Shown here piece by piece: positions 12,001-23,384 of a DNA stretch of 64,000 nucleotides. The DNA is taken from NCBI RefSeq assembly GCF_902459465.1, contig NC_047071.1, positions 3,596,001-3,660,000 on the forward strand, in the 5' to 3' direction. Position 1 is the stretch's first letter; every line of letters begins with the position of its first letter. The notes beneath the pieces are model-generated. The model had not been told where the DNA came from. It saw nothing but the letters and a program-made list of their open reading frames with translations, and did not search any database. The DNA comes from Asterias rubens. Lineage: Eukaryota. The position numbers and the translations under genes are program-made.

Positions 12001-13811
12001 TTTTTGATTGGGTAGGTATTTTTGATTGGGGAGGTATTTCTGATTGGGTAGGTATTTCTGATTGGGTAGGTATTTCTGATTGGGTAGGTATTTCTGATTG
12101 GGTAGATATTTCTGGTTGGGTAGATATTTCTGATTGGGTTGGTATTTCTGATTGGGTAGGTAGTTATGATTGGGGACAGTCCACCCGCAGAACACTCGAT
12201 TTAATAAGTCTCCTCTGTCATTTATCTGCGCGAGTAGGCGTGATTTTTCATGCGTGACCTCGGTTTGAATACTAATTAGTGCAAAGGGCTTCTGAAATTC
12301 AGTCTTTTTCGGCCTTTTCTGGAAAGTCTCAACCAAAATAATGTACCAGTAAATTGAGACAAAGAGCATATCTGTCGTTATGTATTTAAAAAATCGGTAC
12401 AACTCAATTTTTAAGTAGAGAAATTTTAAGTAGATAAATAACAGTGGGGATTAGTGTACTGCAGGTAGACTGGGTATGTATTTGTTATTAAACAGCTTTA
12501 CCCTCTAAGTGGCTGTTTGATCTACTATAAAGCATCAACCAATAACTTCACTGCGAAAACTCTTCCCTTTATGTCTTTCCCAGATGTAAACAAACATTGA
12601 CAAACGTTTTGTCATAATCACAGAGCCCTTCCAGTTTTAAACCACCATTTTACACATCATCACCACTAATTTGTAATAAATTCCCTCATTAATAACTGAT
12701 TCATTTGAGGGCAATAAAGGAAATAAAATTGTTTTAAAGGTTAATACAACGTTGAGGAAGTGCTACTTCTTTTTTTTCTTTTTTTATCTGTAGAGAAGTT
12801 AAAGGTTTAACAGGATTGGTAAAGCTGACCAAATAGTCATAGACGGTGTTTAAAATAATTATTAATAATAAAGACTTGTAATGTGCACATATCTACCCTG
12901 ATGGGTGTTCAAGGCGCAGTGTTCGTTTTTTGTGTGATCAACAATTAAAATGAATTAACAAACTTGTACAATGTTGGCTTAACTTAATCTGTCCTTTCAT
13001 GCAACATTTTCAGCATGTAAACACAATTTTGTTCTAAACTTAGGAAACAACTGAAATCAGCTGACATTACATTTTTACAAGGTTTCAAACTTTTAGATAC
13101 AGTTTTATCAAATAAAACTTTATTTCCCATGATTCAGAGATAAATATTTCACAGAAAAAAGGGTTCCAGTATGAACTCATAATAAATGGTAAGTATTCAT
13201 ACACAAAAAGAGTTTTTTATCTTTACCAATCCTTTATAATACCTTTAAAGGCAGTGGACATTATTGGTAATTGTCAAAGACTAGCCTTCATAGTTGGTGT
13301 ATCTCAAAATATGCATAAAATAACTAACCTGTGAAAATTTCAGCTCAATCAGTCATCAAAGTTGCGCGATAATAATGAAAGAAGAAAACACCCTTGTCAC
13401 ACGAAGTTGTGTGCGTTTAGATAGGTGATTTCGAGACCTCAAGTTCTAAATCTGAGGTCTCGAAATCAAATTCGTGGAAAATTACTTCTTTCTCGCAAAC
13501 TACGTCACTTCAGAAGGAGCCGTTTCTCACAATGTTTTATACCATCAACCTCTCCCCATTACTCGTCACCAAGAAAGGTTTTATTGTACTAATTATTTTG
13601 AGTCATTACCAATAGTGTCCACTGCCTTCAAGTAAATAATGCTAATAACACCACCTTGAACACAAAGGTCGTTTGACATTTGAAAGTGTTGATTGTTTTT
13701 ACCTGTCACATCTACAGTCCTGATGTCATTATTGTTTAGTTTCATAGCAGTCATCAGAACAGGAAGGGTGATAAACACCAAGCTAACAAAGCTGGGTAAA
13801 CAGGTGTACAT
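97..13811 (-). CDS. Semaphorin (signal peptide, Sema, PSI, Ig); 17 coding exons in window, 3' end continues beyond position 1
   Basis: Phase-consistent GT-AG exons: 13811-13703 (MYTCLPSFVSLVFITLPVLMTA signal), 11760-11603, 10267-10193, 9401-9300 (CWNFIRVV..LLVCGTNAF), 9024-8919, 8434-8291, 7938-7793 (FYREPALEY..VYSRLSRVCK), 7503-7395 (NDTG..TFIKARVNCS), 7100-7043, 4486-4336 (SALCRY..F..PRPGT), 3940-3742, 3300-3218, 2606-2425 (PSI), 1969-1932, 1245-1126 and 825-649 (Ig: C..W..YSC), 194-97. About 685 aa in window. Confidence 0.93.
2012..2179. mobile_element. MITE family with GATTTCAC...GAAATC ends and TAGGAC/GTCCTA-rich interior
   Basis: Related copies at ~1785-1900, ~45895-46030 and 49637-49801. 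Confidence 0.75.
3578..3597 (+). promoter_or_regulatory. Consensus CTCF motif
   Basis: TGGCCACTAGGTGGCAGCAG matches the CTCF core. Binding is untested. Confidence 0.55.
4590..5905 (+). mobile_element. tRNA-derived SINE split by the Tc1 insertion (about 4590-4706 and 5793-5905)
   Basis: The head and core (GTGTCCCGGAGCAAGACA) lie left of the Tc1. The continuation (CTCTCCACCCAAGGGTAAATGGGTACCTG) lies to its right. Related copies are at ~47870-48090 and ~52490-52690. Confidence 0.7.
4707..5792 (-). mobile_element. Internally deleted Tc1/mariner element with ~210-bp TIRs and TA TSD
   Basis: Ends are TA|AACTGCTCACAAAAAGTAAGG ... CCTTACTTTTTGTGAGCAGTT|TA. A minus-strand transposase remnant is present (FQDDNARPHRAR, followed by a degenerate PA.SPDLNP.EHL). 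Confidence 0.9.
6030..6930 (+). mobile_element. 5'-truncated L2/CR1-type LINE (RT C-terminal region and 3' end)
   Basis: VRNLGVTFD, LVLSRLDYCNSLL, HATPLLTDLHWLPVDQRINFK. After an in-frame stop comes FGDRAFSIAGPRNWNSLP. The tail is TTA-rich. Confidence 0.9.
10334..10694. mobile_element. Second TTAA-flanked, largely palindromic MITE family
   Basis: TTAA|AGGAACCCGTTGCCTTGGATCGG ... CCGATCCAAGGTAACGTGTTCCT|TTAA, with symmetry running through the interior. Confidence 0.85.
10831..11216 (+). mobile_element. ~380-bp TTAA-flanked MITE (family K1; Kolobok/piggyBac-type ends)
   Basis: Ends are TTAA|AGGCAGTGGACAC.ATTGGTAATT ... AATTACCAATAGTGTCCACTGCCT|TTAA. Several near-identical copies occur in the window. 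Confidence 0.9.
11213..11530. mobile_element. Third TTAA-type MITE, sharing its TTAA with the K1 copy
   Basis: Starts TTAAAGGGTCTATG. Has internal inverted segments (GTGCTGTAGTTTTTG / CAAAAACTACAGCAC). Confidence 0.65.
11885..12172. repeat. 18-bp minisatellite (GATTGGGTAGGTATTTCT)n, ~15 copies
   Basis: Directly visible tandem array in semaphorin intron 2. Confidence 0.95.
13245..13631 (+). mobile_element. K1 MITE copy
   Basis: Same TIRs and body as 10831-11216. Confidence 0.9.
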
Positions 13812-16800
13812 CCTGATCAAGAAAAAACATGAAGGGAAACAGGTGGAATTATTCATTGAGCACTTTGAACTGGAAGATACATCGTACATAATTGAAAACG
13901 GTTAAAACAACAAGTGATGATTTTAAACATTTTGTAAAAAACTTAAACTTATAATTAGATGAATGGTGTTATTGTTTATAACACATTTGTTCATGATTTC
14001 AACTCATGCTAAGTTTTTGTAACTGTTTAATTGTGCTTTTATTTTTCAGTTTTTGTAAGCGCTGTGATATAGTTTTCTATGGAGAGCGTTTCTAAATACC
14101 TGTTATTATTACTATGCCAACAGTCCTGCATTGTAATTACCGGAGGTAATTTTACATCTAAAATGGCGGAAATGTAACCAATGATGCCATACTAAAAGGA
14201 CACATGAGTACTTCAGTATTATTGCAATAGGCTCATAGAATGTTTGGCAAGACTGCATGACATATAACTAACATTCATGTTACATGAGACTTTAAAGTCA
14301 TCTGAGAAGCTGCGTTAATTTGATGTACATGGAACTCTCCATTGTACAAACTGGGCCCAATTTCACTGCTCTGCTTACAGCTAAATTATATGTTTACTTA
14401 CAATCACCAATCTTTGCTAACAGGGCAAGCCTTGAATTTGGGGGCTAGCTGTGTTCCTAGTAAAGTGGAGTATGTATGCACACGCACTGTTAGCAATAAG
14501 TTAACCTCTGGATAACACTTGACATAAGCACTAGAATTTCCTGCTTTCATGGGAAATGGGGGTGAATCTTACATTACAATGTGTCATCTGATGTGAAGTA
14601 ACTAAATGCAAGAATACTCATAAACATAACTGTACCAAAATAACTGAAAAACAATATAATAATGCTAATTTGTAGTAAGCACATACATTTAGGCCTATTT
14701 GTACACTAGCCATCCATGGCAAAACACAGCAATCAAGCTCTATTGACGTATTATTTTGTAGTAACCATGGTTACTGGGAAACCCCCAGTGACGAAACAGA
14801 CACACCCAGAAAATATTAGTTAGTGCGTCAGCGACTGCTTGCACAAAACATGCAGTATAATGGCTCTCCAGCTACTGTATGTAATACAAAATCTGTCCTG
14901 TGTTATTAATGTGTTGTATCCAGGGGGCAAAAGTAATTTAGGGTTTTAACACGGACTCATTCTTGGTCTCCATTTATATCAATGATTGAAATACACACCA
15001 GCTACATAATTAGCTACATTGTAGCAATCACCAGCCGTATACGTTCCCTTTAACTTGCCTAGATACAAACAGTAATCACGACTTGTACACGCATGATGTG
15101 ATACATTATTTTAACAGCCATTCTTTATCTAAATTTATCAGACCCCAAATCAGATGTTTTTCATTGCATAAGCAGTACATGTCTGACCTTTCAACCTGAT
15201 GCATGTAAACATTCTCGTAAACCAAGTGAAGAGTTACTAAACTTTATTTCATTTAACCGTTGACACTAAACATTCCTGACCCCACCGTACAAAAACACAT
15301 TTATCAATCATTCCTTGCTATTTTTACATTTGGATTAGAGGCCATCAGTTCGCCTTTTTCTGTGGTTGAACCAAGGTTGAGCAAAGTTAAAGACATCCAG
15401 CCACACATGTTGCCATAACAAAACTGCTCTCATTGCACTAGGCTATACATGAAGGTCAGACAAGTACTAACAATATTTAATTTTTTTTCACTGAAAAGAA
15501 GGGGGGTAAAAAAACATTTATTTTTCACCTAATTTAATGGTGTCTGTTTTGGTAACAGTCGTGAAGCAAAATTAAATGTTAGTCACAGCTGAACTACATC
15601 TGTATGCCACTTGTGAGAAAGTTTCATTCCCTGTGCTTAGCATCACCTCACCTTGCTTGCATCTCAAGGTGTTGTATATGTATCTCATACAATTCTCAAC
15701 AATTTCCACCTTTGATAATTGGGCACCAAGGGTATCAGTTACAAATGACTGACATTATTCTAGTAAATTTTTCTCTCCCAGGATAACAACTTTTGCTTGG
15801 TCATATAAATTGTCAGGACTTTTGATAGCTGATACATGCCAACTATAACTAAATGTCAACATACATATTGAATTTACTGAAAACCATGAGAGGAAACGTA
15901 ACATGATGAGTAGACCATAACAAAGAATTCCATTCCTTGATTTTAATGCAATTAGTTTGTTGTAACTCAATCCAAATTACAATCTCATGTTTCCTGCAAA
16001 CCGATGTTGTGTTGGTTTGTTTTTGTTTAGTTTAGTGTTGTTTTGTTTTTGTTTAGTTTAGTTTTTTGCAAAGCGCTCAGTTCGGGCCATGTGAGCTCCA
16101 TCAATGACAAGAAGCCCATAGGCAATGCACTGTGCTTATTTGTCTCATTATAAAAGTGCTCATGAAAATGGAATCAATCATGAATTTACAGCAAGTTTTT
16201 AAATAAGTGAAGAGAACTAAAGAAGCATATGACACAATGCAGGAAACCTTCCTCCATGAGGAAACTTCCACTTTGTACATGCACCAAGAATAGTTCCACG
16301 TAAGCATTTGTCCATAAATTATTTTTTGTGTATTTTGTCCTGCCTCTATGGCGGCTTTATTTTAGAGATTCTTTTGTGAGTGTGTTGCTCCATGATGGAA
16401 TGCCAGACCTAGTGATAAGCAATGATTAATGGGATAGTACTTTTGGAGTCCTTCATTTTGGCAATTGGATTAAAAAAGAATTGAGAGTGAGACTGTACAA
16501 AGTTATGATTTAATTATAGGCCCTATAATTTACAATGTACCATGGAGGTAGAAATAGTACGTAATCATAGGATGATAAACAACACCACAATTATGGAAAA
16601 TTCTTTCTACATTATAACCGCATGATTAGAACATCTGTTTGGTTCGTGATAATCTACATTTCAAACTGTAATATCCAAATACATGTACCACTCGGCACGC
16701 CTTATTGAGCACTGAAGTGTGACCAGTGTATTGTTGTGTACTGGTAGTGGTAGCTACAACACCATCGGCAACAATAATAACATTTCTTCCTCCATGGTTA

Positions 16801-17334
16801 AAGGAAATATTTGTTCAAATAATGTGTTTAACATTGATGCTTTAAACTGATGGATTATATTATTTATAACCACATTTCAAAGTGAATTGTTTCTCAAAAT
16901 GCTATACTTTTGAACAATTTGGTTGGCTTCCCTAACAGTTTGCTGTATTGCCATTAGTTTTAAGAGTGACAACAAAACTTCCCCTTTAATAATAAGCATG
17001 CGCAGGCACACTCTAGAATGCAGTTTTACTGACACCTAAAATAGTTAATTTCCCTTAGGCTTGTCTCCATGGCACCTTCTCTATCACAACAGAAAGCTTT
17101 TTCGTGATCACAATGTCTCAATGTTTATGGCATTCAAACACACCATCAACCAGGGACTGTCCCTAATTAGCATAACAAATGATAGCATCTGGTACGCAGT
17201 TATAATACACTGTACTGTGCATGCATACATGTATTGGAGGGAGGTCTATTGTTAATAGGTTGGTCTATGCATTCATGGACTCCATGTTGGAGGAAGAGCC
17301 TGACTGTGGCGGATTCAATTTTGAACATCGCCAA

Positions 17335-17522
17335 TTTCACAATGTAGGGTTCCTCTTGGCTTTGTTTGGCATCAAATTTGACAGTCCATTTATTAATATT
17401 CTTCTCACTACTTAATTTTGAACATCACTGGCAGTTTCACAATGTAGGGTTCCTCTTGGCTTTGTTTGGCATCAAATTTGACAGTCCATTTATAAATTAA
17501 TATTCTTCTCACTACTTAATTT
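17335..17522. repeat. ~100-bp tandem duplication
   Basis: TTTCACAATGTAGGGTTCCTCTTGGC...CTCACTACTTAATTT occurs twice. Confidence 0.9.
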
Positions 17523-17789
17523 CTACAGTAAAACTGTAATAAATATAAAACAGCAAGACTACCAACAAAAAGTCATAAAAATCCCATAGAAAAGGCACCA
17601 GTTGCAAAATTGCTATATTTGTGTGTGACTAGTATAAAAGCGTAGTGTATTGGTTGCCTTGTAAAAAGTTGTACTGTTAACTGAGCTTAGACTACATTTT
17701 TTTGCTATACGCATTATTAAATGTAACAATAGTAAAGATGATATTAAAATTAGGGTTAAGCTACAATATTAACTATAGGTATAAAAGGG

Positions 17790-18455
17790 GGATGGCACAC
17801 AGCTCGAAGATGTCAGCGACTTCAGGTACCGTGGGTCCTATATTGCCGATAGCAAGAAGGATTTCCTGATTCGCAAGGGTTTAGCTTGGAATGCCTGCAA
17901 CAAGCTTCATAACATCTGGCATTCAAACATAGCGAATACAACCAAGCTGGTCTTCTTCAGAGCCTGTGTAGAGAGCATCCTTCTGTATGGAGCGGAAACC
18001 TGGACCATGAAAAAAGAGTTTCACGATCGCCTCGACGGCACATACACCAGGCTTCTTATGAGGGTACAGAACATCTCATGGCGTGAGCACAAGACCACAG
18101 AACAGATCTACGGAGATATTCCACCAATCTCTACTACTGTTGCTCAACGCAGAGTCCGCTTCGCAGGTCACTGCTTTCGTGCCAAAGACCAGGTCATTCC
18201 CGACGTGTTATGCTGGAGACTACCGTGCCATAATATAGAGGACCTCGACCACTCAACTACATCGACGTGATCGGGAGAGATACGAGGGCTGAAATCATGG
18301 ACCTTCCAAACATGATTGAGGGATAAACACCTCTGGCGAGACGTTGTGCATGGAATCTCGGTTGCGACCGCTAAAATGACGATGGAAAAGGGGGAGAACA
18401 CTGGAGGAAAAGATTCCACATTTGACAACCACCATAAAATAAATAAATAAATAAA
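17790..18455 (+). mobile_element. 5'-truncated RTE-clade LINE fragment
   Basis: DFRYRG, LLYGAETWT, RRVRFAGHCFR motifs, disrupted toward the 3' end, followed by a (TAAA)n tail. Confidence 0.85.
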
Positions 18456-18631
18456 TAAATATCATATCAAAATTAAGTACCATAAACATATTAAAACTAA
18501 AACTAATATTTTATATTAATAACAAATATTGAGTAAATAAGTACGTGACGACTCGGTAGGATTCTAGGAAGTTGGGTTTTTTACTTTTTTTAGTGCACAT
18601 TTTCGCTCACATTTTCCGAGTTCTAACTTAC

Positions 18632-18900
18632 CTTCTCAACCTTCCCATCTTTATATGGCGCACTGGACCTCCTGGACTTCTGAAGGGGGATTTCCAAGAC
18701 CAAACACTCAAAGCTAATCAAGTCTATTTATCTTGACTTTACTGACACAAACTTCGATGTTTTCATGTCCTTCCGAGATTGGTACACAACATGCACAATG
18801 GACGTCATTTCCCGGAAATAAAGCATAATATCCTTTTAAATAGAGGGCGCTATTTTGAATGAGTGAAGCGCGCGTCTCTGCTCTCACTTGAAATCTGGAT
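18632..18900 (-). other. Probable non-coding first exon / 5' region of the semaphorin gene
   Basis: Strong donor AAG|GTAAGT at 18632. The upstream stretch is CpG-richer (gcgcgcg near 18868). The next acceptor (13812) lies just before the ATG. The upstream boundary is a guess. Confidence 0.45.
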
Positions 18901-19414
18901 TGTAAGCAGTCATTATACAAAATACAATGACTAGCGAAATAGTATAAAATGGCATCGGGAGAGAGAAACAAATCTTTATGACTTAATCTCATAACTACTG
19001 ATTAAATTCAAGTCTTCCTTTCTCATTATTCTGACTTGCGAACAGGCCAAATAATGTGATAATCTATATATCCCATTTTATATAACACCCAAGCAGATCC
19101 TTGCCATTTGATTGGAGGATTGTCCGTCACGTGATAGCAAATAAAAGTACTATTGCACGCTGAGTCACTCGCCGTGCTTTTTCGTTCCATCCGAAAAGTA
19201 CCAATGCACGCTGGCACGCTGCCAGCGTGCAATGGTACTTTTCGGATGGAGCTGAGTAAAAACATCACTGCGTGCGCGTGTCTTTGGTAACGCAGCAGGT
19301 GTTACTGCAAGAAGGCATAGTAAAATTACTAGCATTCGGCTTCTACAGTTGAAATTGTTTGTTTTGAAAGTTGTTTCTGTCAATCAAAATGACAAAGTTC
19401 TACTTGGATGTTAT

Positions 19415-19592
19415 ATAAAACAAATAATGAATGTTTTTCATTCGTGCAATGGTGCGAATATGTTCATTCGTTGAAAGCTGGAATGTTCCATTCAACTCGG
19501 CTCCGCCTCGTTGAATAGAACATTCCATCTTTCAACTCATGAACATATTCGCACCATTGCACTCATAAACATTCATTATGTGTATAATAACA
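19415..19592. mobile_element. Fold-back (palindromic) MITE
   Basis: Arms TGCAATGGTGCGAATATGTTCAT..TTGAAAG.TGGAATGTTC are mirrored around a central CGGCTCCGCC. Confidence 0.8.
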
Positions 19593-20311
19593 ATGAGTAG
19601 GGTATTTAGCTTTCAATCCAACCGGACCTTATACATCCCATTCTAAATATTTACTTAAATTTGAATAATATTCGATTGGCATTATGTCTTAATATAAACA
19701 AAAAAAGAAACAAAAAGTGGTATAATTAAAAACAATTTAAACCAAGAAAATTCATATCTTTACCTAGAGATTTATTGTTATCCAAGCTCACATACATTTT
19801 GAAAAAGTGTAAATAAATATACTAATAATTGGGACTATTATGCACTTTAAACAAGGGTTCAGTACAGAAAATAATTTAAAAGGCACCCACACATAACATG
19901 TCCTGCATACAGAAATAAACCGTCTATAGTGTTTTTGCAAAGGACTTTTACCATATGAATACCTTTTTATGCAACTAACAACTGTTCACTAATGGTATAA
20001 TGGTATAAACAATTGGTTTTGGAGACATCCTTCCAATATTTGTACAGTTAACAGTGCAAAAATGTTTTGAAATACAAGTGAGGCAACAAGATTATGTCTT
20101 TAAAGCAATTTGCAAACCCTTTTTTATTGGTTGAAATAACCTTACACTGAAAAACTATTCAGAACCCAATGTCAAGCTTTAAAAATGTTAACACTCTTAA
20201 CATCTCTTAACACTTTTAATTTGTCAAATTGTCATATGTCTCTTAATACATTGAGGAAGAACAGCAAATGAGCAATGTTGAGTGTCTTTACAGACAAAAA
20301 TGACTCATAAT

Positions 20312-20487
20312 CAGGGCTGTATGCTTCGTTTTTGAAAGGGCAAGGGCACCAAGGCATTTTCTTTTTGGCAAAGGGCACCCTATGAGGAAATTGTAAATTT
20401 CTACTGGAGCATTTCAAGGGCACCAAGGCAATGGCAAGGGGCAACGGAGGCAATCGCCTCCGTTGCCTGCGTGAAGTATCAGGCCTG
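20312..20487. mobile_element. Small hAT-like MITE (CAGG...CCTG ends) with an internal GC hairpin
   Basis: CAGGGCTGTATGCTTC ... GAAGTATCAGGCCTG, flanked by CATAAT on both sides. Contains the hairpin GCAACGGAGGC-AATC-GCCTCCGTTGC. Confidence 0.65.
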
Positions 20488-20941
20488 CATAATTATAAGT
20501 GATGGTTTATGTCTTATGATTTATCAGAGAATAACTCTAGAAAAGCCTGAGGTGACAATATTGAAAAATGAAGCATACATTACCAACACGGCAACACCTC
20601 CATGCAGTCAATGGCCAATGAAAATTATTACACCTTTACATTATAAAGAACAGGTGTAAAAATGATTTGATGACCTACTACTAGATGGACATGTTTCTTC
20701 ATTGGATTAGATTTAATGTCGAATTAAACACACATCACAGCACAGAGAGATTTGCTTTGGTTGCAGGTTGTAACATTAGTTGCCGACAGGTGACTGTCTA
20801 AACAGTTTGAACTAATGTTCCATCTTGATAAAAGAGTGACTTACAAAGAGATTACTTTTTACTGGTATAGACTTAAATACAGTATTTACACATATAGTGC
20901 TTCATTCAGCATCTCATATCTGTCAACTTTGATCCAATAAA

Positions 20942-22101
20942 TCAAAAGTCAATACAGCGGCCTTTACGTTCCCAATCTCCATATCGAGTTGGCTCTGGTC
21001 CTCTTGGTCCGCCTCTCTCTCCGGTTGTCGGATTAACATCATCAGGAAAAGCTTCTAGAGGTTCCTTCTCTCCATCTCGATGCCTTTCTGAAGTCCCATC
21101 ATGTTTCCCTAAAGGAGTAAATGGTTTCTTCAGTGGTGTTTTGCTGCTACTGCTGTCGTTTGAGGATTGTGAGTAGAATTTCTGTAGCAGACTTGGATTG
21201 CCAGGGATCATGAGAGAAGGAGTTCTTTTGAACTGACCCATGTTGACTGCATCTGTAAAGACAAATTATCATTAATTAAAAGTAATATTTTAAGAACTTG
21301 ATAAAATAATATTATTAAAATTGTTATGAATATATGCATGTCATGTGTTGAAAACAATAATAACAAATAAAGTGGGGGGAAAAAAAATCCAGAAATATAA
21401 TGTGGTGGCATACCTGGCCATTTTGTACTCTCTTGCGACGTTTGCGTCGACTTAGCAAACTGTTTACCTTTTTGCAGTTAAAATAACAAATCAGGGAAAG
21501 TTTCGGTATGGTGCCACTAATTTTTTATTCAATATGAAATAAATCGTATCTAATTTACCTCAATTATTATGAGATAATCAACATTTATTCAGATATCCCT
21601 TTTTGTAAAATGAGTAAAAAAGTGGTGGCGCCGTACGGAAAGTTATCCAGCAAAAGAACAGAGTCAGAGACCACCTGTGTGACTGTGTCGTGTGTGTGAC
21701 TTTCATGAAGGAATCCTTACGCACGATTGACATCCAATGCAACACTCACAATGCAGTTGGATCCATGCAGATTACGCATATGAATCACGCACCACACTAC
21801 ACGATTTTCTGTGGCGTTACTAATACTAGCCCCACCCTTGATTGGCCACACAAGTGGGGCTATGGCGTTACGTGGTAAACCATTTTGATTGAAACAACTT
21901 TTCATTGATTTAGTTAGCAGAGTCTGCTTTCTCGAACGAACGATGTGTTTTCTAGTTTGTAAATGTAAATATTTAAAACAAAAATATTGTAAATATATAA
22001 AACTTACGATTGACATTTCTACAAATGATCATGGGCTGACTCAAACTACTTTTTATGAGCCTAAAATTGACGAAACTTCGATAGACCACGGGCGCCGCCA
22101 T
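20942..22101 (-). CDS. SDHAF4: Succinate dehydrogenase assembly factor 4, mitochondrial (134 aa)
   Basis: Exon 1 is 22101-22008 ([19 protein letters not shown], mitochondrial-presequence-like, donor GTAAGT). Exon 2 is 21252-20942 and ends in the family signature [39 protein letters not shown]. Phases match. Confidence 0.96.
21494..21648. mobile_element. MITE in SDHAF4 intron 1
   Basis: GGGAAAGTTTCGGTATGGTGCCAC ... GTGGCGCCGTACGGAAAGTTATCC. Same family as 41297-41635. Confidence 0.75.
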
Positions 22102-22532
22102 CTTGTTATGAAACTTTCATTGCATCATGGGTAAAATGTAAATCTATTTTCATGACATTTTTCAAATTTGTAAATTTATTTAAATTACGTTTAAATAAAT
22201 TATAAACACCGTTTTACAAGTAAAATATATAGCAGAGTAGTTTCTCAATACTAAAACTATTTTTTTAGGAGATAAAATAATTTAATCTCAATTTTTGTTT
22301 TCGCACAATGCCTGTTCATTAAAAAAGATGACTAACATTGGCGGGTGGATTGAAGTAAGTAGGAACTTGACGAAGAAGATCGGGAAACGAGTGATCGTCG
22401 GCAAAACTGATCGGTAGTGATGAAGTAAAACCGGAATACCGATCGACTGGCCAGTTTAGCTGCTTGACAAACAATCAGAACGAATCTAGTGTAAAGTGGC
22501 GATGCAAATGTTACCTCGGCGCCTCTCGAACA
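22102..22532. promoter_or_regulatory. Bidirectional promoter region SDHAF4/HAUS6, including HAUS6 non-coding exon 1 (donor at 22533)
   Basis: The genes are head-to-head. A YY1-type AAGATGGCGGC overlaps the SDHAF4 start. CpGs are locally enriched. CA|GTAAGT donor at 22533, acceptor at 23314 before the HAUS6 ATG. Confidence 0.65.
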
Positions 22533-23384
22533 GTAAGTGTATTAAAGGAATAAACCATGACCCCATGCATGATGGATGTGGGGCAATAAAAAACTAGTTT
22601 TCATAAATCATAGAATATCTGTTCAGAATTGATCCAGGATTATTGCTCTTTGAATGATTATTTATAATCAAAAATTATATTCATCTGAGTTTTTCTGCAC
22701 TGCAGTCGACACAGGTTTGAAGTGTCTTTAGACATTTTTTTGCCGGCTCAACAATACAGATACAGATACACAAGTCTTGTTTTGACAGTCATAATTTGCC
22801 ATGATTTGACATGTCCGTATATTATTATTATATACTATATAAATATATGTGCATGTTTGTTTGCCTCTACTAATTCTATCATGAATTAATAAAAAAAATC
22901 TTCTTGAAAAGGGTACTTTTTGAAAAGCTGCCAATGATGAATTGACTGATGACAATCTAATTCTACCTCCATGGTCAGACTCAGAGTCAGCTCAGAGAGA
23001 GACTAGACAGTGAATTTATTTGAAACTTTCTTGAAGTTGAACATGTTGTCGTTGAAAGAAACTGGTAAATAAAATAGATACGGCATTGTGATTGTCACAT
23101 TGAGATGATAATACCGTAATTTAATTATAATGGTCCAGGCAGTAATAATTGTAGAACCTGGGAACCTAGTTTCAAATAAAAAGGCTTAGCCATGTTATTG
23201 TTGTGATTTTTACCTGATCTTAGAGGATATCACTAAAAAAAACACTCCTTTGTTGATTAAGAATTAACGCTTCTTTATTATAATATATATTTACTTACAT
23301 TTTGTTATTCACAGAGTCAACTAAAAAGTCACAACACATTATCTGACCTAACGGATCTTGTCTTGAATTGAAGTAGTAGGAAAG

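Noticed and set aside
19165-19383. ORF with a signal-peptide-like start (MLVILLCLLAVTPAALP) as a secreted peptide or alternative semaphorin start
   Set aside because: It has no convincing donor, its second half is the palindromic hairpin, and it has no dibasic or amidation pattern. The semaphorin already has an in-frame signal exon.
21411-21480. ATGGCCAG|GTATG as SDHAF4 exon 1
   Set aside because: It is out of phase with exon 2. The 22101-22008 exon fits both the phase and the presequence character.
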